A stretch of DNA of 64,000 nt, taken from Clostridia bacterium (GTDB taxonomy: Bacteria; Bacillota; Clostridia; Christensenellales; UBA1242). Where the stretch lies: positions 37,491 to 101,490 of the forward strand of contig JAZONM010000005.1 of assembly GCA_045654505.1 (NCBI GenBank), written 5' to 3'. Shown here in pieces: positions 18,169 to 25,495 of this stretch; position 1 is the first letter of the stretch, and each line of letters opens with the position of its first letter. The translations under genes and the position numbers were made by a program. The notes under the pieces were generated by a model, which had not been told where the DNA came from, searched no databases, and was given only the letters and a program-made list of their open reading frames with translations.

Positions 18169-18192
18169 AAAAAGGAGCTTTGCTCCTTTTTT
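18169..18192 (+). terminator. Rho-independent terminator after pheT
   Basis: aaaaaggagc tt tgctcctttttt. Confidence 0.75.
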
Positions 18193-18232
18193 ATTTAATA
18201 TTTTATTCACACCAAGTAAAATAAAAGCATAT

Positions 18233-19162
18233 ATGTTATGTATGGAAAGATATCTTGATATAAAATATTTGAAGGGACTTATAAATAAATATTATCCTAC
18301 AGTAATTGATCTCGATTGGATAGATAAAATAGTAAAAGACTTTAGGTGTGAGCAGGATAAACTTCTAAACTCACATAATAGGTTTGCTTATACATATGGA
18401 CAAATAGCGTTTTTGATGTATAGTCTTGAAAGATATATTTTTGAGCATGTAAAGATAGGCGATTTTAAATGGTGTAGTGATAGATTTAAAAACTACATAA
18501 TAAAAGAGTTTTCAAGTTATATTTCACCGCTCTCAAAAATAGATAAAGATGTTTGTTTTGCCGGAAACAATATTTTTATAATAGGTAGAATTCATATTTG
18601 CTCTAATTGTGTTATTTTCGGAAATGTATATATTGTCGCCGAAAACACTCGAGATACTGACAATAATATATTATTTATTGGCAAAAACACCACAATAAAC
18701 AACAATGTCAAAATAATAAATTCTAATATAGGTGAAGGTGTAATTCTGGAAAATGGAGCTGTTGTGAGGGAAAACATAGATGCTTTTTCAAGGGTGAATA
18801 TTGTAAATCAGTTGCAGGTCACAGAGCGTAAAAATGCATATATCCCTTCTCAAGAATTGGAGATATATGGACTTGTTCCTAAATACAAAAACAAACTCAC
18901 AATATATGGTGAGGGGATATACAATCCAAACATCTTGCTAAGATTGGGAGACAGAAAGTATAATATAATTGATATTGATTATTGGGATAAAAATAAAATA
19001 ATCCTTAGAATAAAGTGTGACAAAAGCATGGCTAATAAAATACTTGAAGAAGAGAAAACATGGAGACAGGGTGCTTTTGCAAAACTTATAATAATGAGCA
19101 GGGGTATTAAAACAACGGTCAATGACAATAGGGGTATTATAAAGTTATTAAAAAATATTTAA
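18233..19162 (+). CDS. Hypothetical protein with a left-handed beta-helix (hexapeptide-repeat transferase-like) core
   Basis: Central NNIFIIGRIHICSNCVIFGNVYIVAE..NILFIGKNTTINNNVKIINSNIGEGVILENGAVVRENI has hexapeptide periodicity. Start uncertain (three ATGs at 18233-18242). Confidence 0.55.
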   Translation: MLCMERYLDIKYLKGLINKYYPTVIDLDWIDKIVKDFRCEQDKLLNSHNRFAYTYGQIAFLMYSLERYIFEHVKIGDFKWCSDRFKNYIIKEFSSYISPLSKIDKDVCFAGNNIFIIGRIHICSNCVIFGNVYIVAENTRDTDNNILFIGKNTTINNNVKIINSNIGEGVILENGAVVRENIDAFSRVNIVNQLQVTERKNAYIPSQELEIYGLVPKYKNKLTIYGEGIYNPNILLRLGDRKYNIIDIDYWDKNKIILRIKCDKSMANKILEEEKTWRQGAFAKLIIMSRGIKTTVNDNRGIIKLLKNI

Positions 19163-19182
19163 AAAAATTTTAAAATTAGGTA

Positions 19183-19316
19183 TTGACAAATAACTATTTT
19201 GATGTTATTATGTAAGTGCATTTTAGAAAATAAAATGTTTTTCCATTTTTCATTCTACCTTTTATACATACACATATATCAGGTAGGGGAGAGCAAAAAA
19301 TTGCTCTCCTTTTTTT
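19183..19316 (+). ncRNA. Candidate ~100-nt small RNA or attenuator (orphan promoter plus terminator)
   Basis: TTGACA (19183-19188), 17 nt, TGtTATTAT (-10 at 19206-19211). Then ~70 nt and the terminator ggagagcaa aaaa ttgctctcc plus T7 (19288-19316). No SD-preceded ORF inside. Confidence 0.4.
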
Positions 19317-19423
19317 GTTTTCATGATGAAAAATATGTTTTTATTTCATTATAATTACGCTCTTGTATGTCTTTTTTATGCAATAACTTAATCTTTCAAA
19401 TAAAAGATTTTGGTTGTTTTTGT

Positions 19424-19452
19424 TTGTGAAATAGTAGCCTTTTGGATATAAT
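19424..19452 (+). promoter_or_regulatory. Sigma-A-type promoter for the MFS transporter gene
   Basis: TTGTGA (19424-19429), 17 nt, TATAAT (19447-19452). Confidence 0.5.
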
Positions 19453-19503
19453 TCTAAGTGAGAGTTATCTATAATAGATAAAATTTTTATTACGAAGGCT
19501 AAG

Positions 19504-20766
19504 ATGCAACTAAAACTTCTTAATTTTCATAAGTTAATATCCAATATTGCGACCAATCTTGTGGGCGCTTTTGTTCCTTTGATTATTTTAGAGGCGACGG
19601 GATCAATACCGCTTGCCGCAGCTGGACTTGCATTGCAATATATAATCCGATCTGTTACTACTCTCATTCTTCAAAAACAGATGTGTGAAAAACCCCAACT
19701 CATGCTTTTGATTCGGGTTGTGCCGATGATACTGTATTCCATTTTCATTTTTGTAATCGAAACAAATCTATGGCTGGGTGCGATTGGTCTTTGCGTTTTC
19801 TACGGGCTTAGTGATTCGTGTAAGCGTATGCCACTAGAGATTATTCTTAATTATTCGTCGACAGAAGCTAAAGAGGAGTCGACTGGACTAGGACTTACTC
19901 GTCTTGTGGAACAACTTGGAGTACTTATAGCAATACTCGTAGGTGGATTCTTACTTGATGTCAACAAAACAGTTGTTGTTGTGATTTCGATTGTGTTGTA
20001 TGTAATATCATGTGTTCCGCTTGTAATGTATTATTTGAAAAGCAGGAAAAACCCTTTGTTTAATAAAGACGTTGTGTCCAATGCTCAATTGACATTTAAA
20101 AAAGAAGAAAAAACACGTACCATCGGACAAAATATTATTCTAAAAATACTTGTTATGTACGGGCTTACTTATTTTGTATATTGTTTTGTCGATGCGCTTA
20201 CTTTCTGTTACAATATTCACTTATTTGTTGTTGATGGTTCGTATGGTACAGCGGGTGTATTTAGTGCAATTTACAATGGCGCTTTTGGGCTTGGGAGTTA
20301 TTTCTTTGGAAAACTAAACCAAAAGAAAGATTTGCAACCTATAGTCGTCGCTAGTGCAATTATTTGTGCAATTGCTGTTTTCCCAATATGGTTTGTTGAT
20401 GCACTGTGGGTCAATTATATATTGTTTGGTATCATTGGATTTATGTACGCTTCAATATGCTTATTTATGTTCCAAAGACTTATTACTAAGTCACGTATAT
20501 TGGGTGTGTCAAACAAGGCTTTATTTGTGAGAGAAATTACTAGTAATGTTTCGGTAATAGTACCTGTCCTTACAGGGTGTTTTGGTACTATGATTCCGTC
20601 TTTTATACTTATGGCTGTTTGCTTTGGCATAAGTGCTTGGTTAATACCGTATAACGAAGAAAAAACTCGTACACTTTTGGTCGACTATCTTCAGTATAAT
20701 GAAGTGGTTTATGAAAATAAAAACAAGCGTAGAAGAATGTTTACTGCTAAAAGAAAAGAAAAATAA
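19504..20766 (+). CDS. MFS-type transporter
   Basis: 420 aa with ~12 hydrophobic segments in a 6+6 arrangement and a basic central loop (KSRKNPLFNKD..KKEEKTR). Confidence 0.7.
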   Translation: MQLKLLNFHKLISNIATNLVGAFVPLIILEATGSIPLAAAGLALQYIIRSVTTLILQKQMCEKPQLMLLIRVVPMILYSIFIFVIETNLWLGAIGLCVFYGLSDSCKRMPLEIILNYSSTEAKEESTGLGLTRLVEQLGVLIAILVGGFLLDVNKTVVVVISIVLYVISCVPLVMYYLKSRKNPLFNKDVVSNAQLTFKKEEKTRTIGQNIILKILVMYGLTYFVYCFVDALTFCYNIHLFVVDGSYGTAGVFSAIYNGAFGLGSYFFGKLNQKKDLQPIVVASAIICAIAVFPIWFVDALWVNYILFGIIGFMYASICLFMFQRLITKSRILGVSNKALFVREITSNVSVIVPVLTGCFGTMIPSFILMAVCFGISAWLIPYNEEKTRTLLVDYLQYNEVVYENKNKRRRMFTAKRKEK

Positions 20767-20780
20767 AAAGGGAGAGAAAA

Positions 20781-21674
20781 ATGCGTCAATTTGAAATAAC
20801 TACTGATTCCAATTGCGACCTTTATGAAAAAGAATATGAGGTGCTTGGAGTAGAGAGAGGAAAACTAAGTTATACACTGGAAGAAAACGGAAATTTGCAA
20901 GAGTATTTGGACGAATTTTCCGAGTATTCGGAGTATGTGGAGTTTTATAACAAATTAAGAAAAGGTGGCATTGCAAAAACAACAATTCTAAATCTACAAG
21001 CACATATAGATTTGTTTGAAAAAATGGCTAAAAATGGTGTAAAAAACTTGCTTCATATTACACAAAGTTCGGGCCTTAGTCGCACAATCGATAATGCAAA
21101 TAAAGCAATTGAAACAGTGAAAGAAAATTATCCAGATATCAATTATATTGCTGTTGATAGCCTTACTACGACAGTAGGTGAGCAAATGCTTGTAAAATAT
21201 GCTTGCCAATTACGTGATAAAGGTGAAAAACTTGAAAAAGTAGTGGAAAAAATCAATGATATGAAGGGCAAAATCCAACATTATATCATTGTCGGTGACC
21301 TTATGTATCTAAAACGCGGTGGACGTATTTCTGGTGTGTCTGCGGCGATTGGTAGTATGTTGTCGATAAAACCCATAATTGAGTTTACGAAGAAAGGAAA
21401 ACTTGAAATTGTAAGAAAAGAAATGGGTGCAAAAAAAGCATATAAGAATATAATAGATGGTCTTAAAAACTTCACTCAAAACAAAGATTATTTTGACGCA
21501 ATTATCGTGCATACAGATAATGAAGAGCAAGCTAATGTCTTTGCAAAAATGGTAGAAGAAGCTACTGGCTGGCGTCCAGAGATAAGGATTATGGGTCCTA
21601 TCATTGGTGCGCACGTAGGCCCAGGTGCTGTTGCACTTGCATTTATTTCGAATGAAGAGAGAAAAGAAGATTAA
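20781..21674 (+). CDS. DegV family fatty-acid-binding protein
   Basis: ITTDSNCDL start motif, LMYLKRGGRISG, and a C-terminal GPIIGAHVGPGAVALAF signature. Confidence 0.85.
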   Translation: MRQFEITTDSNCDLYEKEYEVLGVERGKLSYTLEENGNLQEYLDEFSEYSEYVEFYNKLRKGGIAKTTILNLQAHIDLFEKMAKNGVKNLLHITQSSGLSRTIDNANKAIETVKENYPDINYIAVDSLTTTVGEQMLVKYACQLRDKGEKLEKVVEKINDMKGKIQHYIIVGDLMYLKRGGRISGVSAAIGSMLSIKPIIEFTKKGKLEIVRKEMGAKKAYKNIIDGLKNFTQNKDYFDAIIVHTDNEEQANVFAKMVEEATGWRPEIRIMGPIIGAHVGPGAVALAFISNEERKED

Positions 21675-21681
21675 GGTACTC

Positions 21682-21746
21682 AAAAACATAACCCTCACTA
21701 GGTCCTCAGCCTATTGGCTTGCGGAAATCGTTTGGGTTATGTTTTT
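21682..21746 (+). terminator. Long-loop terminator after degV carrying the conserved 33-nt motif (copy A, 21698-21730)
   Basis: aaaaacataaccc (21682-21694) pairs perfectly with gggttatgttttt (21734-21746), then T-run. The 39-nt loop contains ctaggtcctcagcctattggcttgcggaaatcg. Confidence 0.6.
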
Positions 21747-21988
21747 TTATATGAATTTAAACGGGTAGTAGTCTATTATTCACTGCTTAGATATCATGTC
21801 ATGAGAAAATATAAGTTTTTTTATTGAAATAAATGTTTTTAGAAGTAATATAAAAAAATGGCTTTATTGCGAGTAAAATCGCGCTAATATGTAAAAACTA
21901 TTACAAACATATCTATATATTATTTAATAATATAATAGATATTTGCTTTACAAAAAATTGAAAATTTTGTAAGATAAACTAAGTAATT

Positions 21989-22603
21989 ATGGGAAAAATG
22001 GAAAAAAACAAGTATTTTAATATGTTGATTGTATTATGTATTGTTTTGGTGTTACTTGCTACCACCATGCTTGTTTTGCCGACTGTTACTTGGCTTTCCA
22101 AAACCGATAATACAACAACAAATACCGGCACAAGTAAAGTAGCGACAGCCGGTCTTGCATTATACAACAATACGACTCAAATTACTGATGGGTCGTCATA
22201 TACTGTTACGCTAGGTAGTAGCGGAAGTGCTACAGCGCTTAATCTAAAGGTAAAAAATACTGGTACTGCTAGTTGTCTTTTGAGATTGTATTACAATATA
22301 AAGACTGCAGATAATCAAACATTGACTTCGGCAGATGCGAGTGTGGTGATAAATAGCAATTTTATCGCACATGAAAAACTAAGTACAGCACATTGCGGAT
22401 ATTTGTTTTACAATGCGGCACTTGATGCAAATTCGACGGTTAATGTCTTTACATCAATAACACCGACTGCAAATATGGCGGGAAAACAAGTTGTGGTTCA
22501 GCTTTCTGCTGAGAGTGTAGTTTATGCTGGTAATGCATACACCACTGGCGAGACTTCAAAATATCCTTGGAATAGTGTGCCATCCAATTGGTTTTGCTTG
22601 TAA
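21989..22603 (+). CDS. TasA/camelysin-family (SipW-type signal) secreted protein, paralog 1
   Basis: Signal-anchor then PTVTWLSKTDNTTTNTGTSKVATAGLAL, matching the TasA N-terminal pattern A-F/W-x-D..aG-L-x-L. VKNTGTASCLLRLY. C-terminal VQLSAESV strand. No SD; a TTTACA-17-TAAGAT promoter ends ~14 nt upstream, leaving a near-leaderless mRNA. Confidence 0.6.
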   Translation: MGKMEKNKYFNMLIVLCIVLVLLATTMLVLPTVTWLSKTDNTTTNTGTSKVATAGLALYNNTTQITDGSSYTVTLGSSGSATALNLKVKNTGTASCLLRLYYNIKTADNQTLTSADASVVINSNFIAHEKLSTAHCGYLFYNAALDANSTVNVFTSITPTANMAGKQVVVQLSAESVVYAGNAYTTGETSKYPWNSVPSNWFCL

Positions 22604-22618
22604 TTAAATGAGGTTTAC

Positions 22619-22697
22619 GAAGAAATTTAATTTTATTTTCGCTAGGTCCTCAGCCTTATGGCTTGCGGAAATCGCTCAAACAAAACAAAATTTCTTC
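22619..22697 (+). repeat. Conserved 33-nt motif copy B (22642-22674) inside a second long hairpin
   Basis: ctaggtcctcagccttatggcttgcggaaatcg is 31/33 identical to copy A. It is enclosed by gaagaaattt (22619-22628) / aaatttcttc (22688-22697). Confidence 0.7.
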
Positions 22698-22720
22698 TAA
22701 TAACCTATTTTAAAATACTG

Positions 22721-22775
22721 CGCTAGTTGAGAACAAGAGGTCGCTCGTCCTTATATTTGCGGGAACACTCAAAAA
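22721..22775 (+). repeat. Degenerate third copy of the intergenic motif
   Basis: cgctag..ttat..ttgcgggaa..ctcaaaaaac shares the cgctag / ttgcgg.aa / ctcaaa anchors and their order with copy B. Confidence 0.35.
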
Positions 22776-22799
22776 ACAAAATATTTAAAAGGAGGGAAT

Positions 22800-23402
22800 A
22801 TGAACAACCAAATGTCTAAGAAAAAACGTTACACACTGCTTTTTGCTTTTGTTGCAGTTGTGCTTGCGGTCATGTCTTTATTCATAACTGTTACTTATTC
22901 AATGTTTGGTGACGTAAAGAGCGGCGACTCAGGTAATATCGAGATTGCGACTCTTGACTTTGAAGTTACGTCCACAATGGCATTCCCTTCTACAATACTT
23001 CCAAATACTCAGTATACTGGTGCTGATTACAGCAATGCAATCAAAAACACTGGTAATTCGCGTGAGATTTTTGTAAGAGTAAAACTTGATTCGTCGCTTA
23101 CTGGTTATATTGAACCAATATATGATACATCAAAGTGGGCTGTAGGTGGCCAATATAAGAATGAATATTATTATTTAGGGGTTTTGGCTGAGGGCCAAAG
23201 CGTGACATTTAATACTGGTTTTAGGACCCTAAACAATTTTACAAATGACATTGCGGGAAATACTTTCAATGTGCGACTTACAGTGTATGCTTTGCAAGCA
23301 CAATATCGTGCTTTCGAGGATACTAATAATGGTTGGAAAAACACGTATACTCCAAGCGCATTTACCACTTACTACAATTCAGTAAAAGATACTTACAAAT
23401 AA
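22800..23402 (+). CDS. TasA/camelysin-family secreted protein, paralog 2
   Basis: YSMFGDVKSGDSGNIEIATLDFEV aligns with B. subtilis TasA AFNDIKSKDATFASGTLDLS. IKNTGNSREIFVRVKL. C-terminal NVRLTVYALQAQ resembles TasA KLQFSFEATQ. RBS aaaaggaggg. Confidence 0.65.
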   Translation: MNNQMSKKKRYTLLFAFVAVVLAVMSLFITVTYSMFGDVKSGDSGNIEIATLDFEVTSTMAFPSTILPNTQYTGADYSNAIKNTGNSREIFVRVKLDSSLTGYIEPIYDTSKWAVGGQYKNEYYYLGVLAEGQSVTFNTGFRTLNNFTNDIAGNTFNVRLTVYALQAQYRAFEDTNNGWKNTYTPSAFTTYYNSVKDTYK

Positions 23403-23420
23403 TATAATAAAGGAAGAAAA

Positions 23421-24095
23421 ATGGAAAAGAAGAAGATGGGCAGATTCTCAATATTCTACATCGTGTCAGCGGTTTTGGTGACACTTCTTTCCGTTGTTTC
23501 ATTCACTTTTGCGTGGTATGTAAAATCTACTACTCATTCAATCGGTATTGTATTTGCAAAACCGGTTATTTTGGAAATTGACCCAGAATTGAAGCAAGTA
23601 AATGGCGAGGTTGAGGTGAGTGATGTGTCAAAACTTCTTCCTGGCTCTAAGGTGTCGGTCAATCTTGGATTTAAATTGGGTAATGATCTCCTACAATCTT
23701 CTCCTGCGTATGTAAGAGCAAAACTTGTACTTAGATTTGACGATATTTATGACGAAAACAACAATCCAATCATTTGGAATAGTAGCAAATATATAAAGAT
23801 AGACATCGCTGAAGTTACCAATCAAGTAGGATATACTTGGGAAGAAGTTAATTTTAGCAAGAGTGGAAAAGATGACAAGTGGTGGGTATTGAAATACGAC
23901 GACTATGTAGCACTTCAAGCCCAACATGCTGAATATTATACATTCATGAAAGGTAATATCGAACTTAGTACGGCAATAACAAATGATTTTGCTGAAAAAC
24001 AAATACACGTATTATTTACTGTTGATGCGATTCAAGTAGATAACGTACAAAACCCACTTGCAGACCCGCTTAATAGTGTATGGGCTAGCGAGTAA
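23421..24095 (+). CDS. TasA/camelysin-family secreted protein, paralog 3
   Basis: Signal-anchor then FTFAWYVKSTTHSIG. PAYVRAKLVLRF. C-terminal HVLFTVDAIQVDN strand. RBS aaaggaag. Confidence 0.55.
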   Translation: MEKKKMGRFSIFYIVSAVLVTLLSVVSFTFAWYVKSTTHSIGIVFAKPVILEIDPELKQVNGEVEVSDVSKLLPGSKVSVNLGFKLGNDLLQSSPAYVRAKLVLRFDDIYDENNNPIIWNSSKYIKIDIAEVTNQVGYTWEEVNFSKSGKDDKWWVLKYDDYVALQAQHAEYYTFMKGNIELSTAITNDFAEKQIHVLFTVDAIQVDNVQNPLADPLNSVWASE

Positions 24096-24134
24096 GTATT
24101 AGAAAAACAAATGAAAAAAAGGAGGTAAAGATTT

Positions 24135-25049
24135 ATGGCTGATTATCCAAACATGCCTGGTCAAAACAACCAACAAAACAATCAAAATCAATATAATCAA
24201 CCACGTCCACAAGGCACTTCGCCTTATGGTACTCCTCCTTCGCAAAATCCACGACCTTATCCACAAGGCCAACCTACTCCAAATCCTCAAAGTCAATCGC
24301 CTAATGTGAGTTCGCAATCAAGTAAAGACGAAAGTCTTAGACGACTTGGCCAACAATTAAACAAATCACCTAAGAAAGAGCGAAAGGGTGGTAAGATATT
24401 TATAATAATCCTTGTAGTTTTCCTTGTGGCATTATTGGGTGTAGCTATATGGTACTTCTTGCAAAACAGAAGAGAAGTTGATACAGGTAATTCTATTAAA
24501 ATCTCAATGGACGTTACCGAAGAGGTGGAAGGAAGCGTGGGAGAGATTACGCTTACATCTGCGCCTATCAATCCTGGTGACCAATTTACTGTTATTTGTA
24601 AAGCACGTAATGCCAATCAATTTACTGGTGACTCTGCCGAAGACGAAACTGTACCAATTTACCTAAGATTTAGTGTAATACTTGAAGTAGATGGTGTACA
24701 ATACAATGATTTATTGCTTCCAAATCCTGCTTCGTCAAATTGGCATATCTACAATCCTGAAGAGGAAGCTGAGGGATATGTTTGGGACGGATACTATTAT
24801 TATTATGGAAAACTAAATTACAATGCGTCTGTCGAACTATTTGACACACTTACATTTGACTTTGAAAAGATACCTAATAGTTTTGGTAATAAATCAGCTG
24901 TCATAACAATTAAGATTGACGCTGTCGAAGCAAATATTGATATTATCGGAGTGAATGGTGGCGCTTGGGAGACAGCACCTCAAACATGGATTGATAATAT
25001 GAAGGCGGGACAAAATAATGATAAGCCACCTGTGAAAATAGAGGTATAA
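24135..25049 (+). CDS. TasA-like paralog 4 with a ~90-aa Pro/Gln/Asn-rich cytoplasmic tail and one TM
   Basis: MADYPNMPGQNNQQNNQNQYNQPRPQG..., basic stop-transfer KKERKGGK, TM IFIIILVVFLVALLGVAIWYFL. Ectodomain with PIYLRFSVILEV and AVITIKIDAVEAN, paralogous to genes 1-3. Confidence 0.55.
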   Translation: MADYPNMPGQNNQQNNQNQYNQPRPQGTSPYGTPPSQNPRPYPQGQPTPNPQSQSPNVSSQSSKDESLRRLGQQLNKSPKKERKGGKIFIIILVVFLVALLGVAIWYFLQNRREVDTGNSIKISMDVTEEVEGSVGEITLTSAPINPGDQFTVICKARNANQFTGDSAEDETVPIYLRFSVILEVDGVQYNDLLLPNPASSNWHIYNPEEEAEGYVWDGYYYYYGKLNYNASVELFDTLTFDFEKIPNSFGNKSAVITIKIDAVEANIDIIGVNGGAWETAPQTWIDNMKAGQNNDKPPVKIEV

Positions 25050-25050
25050 A

Positions 25051-25455
25051 ATGCTTAAAAAATATGAGAACCTTGTAGGTCTTGCTACAAAACTGATTTT
25101 AGAGAGAAAAGACGAAGGTAAGCACACGGTAGGTTGTTGTGTGCTTACGAAGTCTGGAAAATTTTTCTATGGCGTAAATATGTACATGGACGGAATGAAT
25201 TGTGTGTGTGCAGAGCAAAACGCAGTTGGCTCCGCTCTTACAGCTGGGGAAAAAGAGTTTGATGCTATAGTGTCGGTAGGACTTTTTGATGAGAACTGCC
25301 AAATACTTGCCCCATGTGGCCAATGTCGCCAATTTTTGAGCAAATATGCTCCCAATATTAAAATAATAGTGAAAGGTGAGAAAGAGACTGAGGTTTTGAC
25401 TGTCGATCAGCTTCTCCCTTATGCATACAAGTTTCACCATACAAATCATCAGTAA
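25051..25455 (+). CDS. cdd: Cytidine deaminase (small tetrameric type)
   Basis: CAEQNAV (Zn/catalytic Glu) and PCGQCRQFL motifs. 134 aa. Starts 2 nt after the preceding stop. Confidence 0.85.
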   Translation: MLKKYENLVGLATKLILERKDEGKHTVGCCVLTKSGKFFYGVNMYMDGMNCVCAEQNAVGSALTAGEKEFDAIVSVGLFDENCQILAPCGQCRQFLSKYAPNIKIIVKGEKETEVLTVDQLLPYAYKFHHTNHQ

Positions 25456-25495
25456 TTTGTATGGTGATTATTAAATAATAATATGTAAGGAAATT

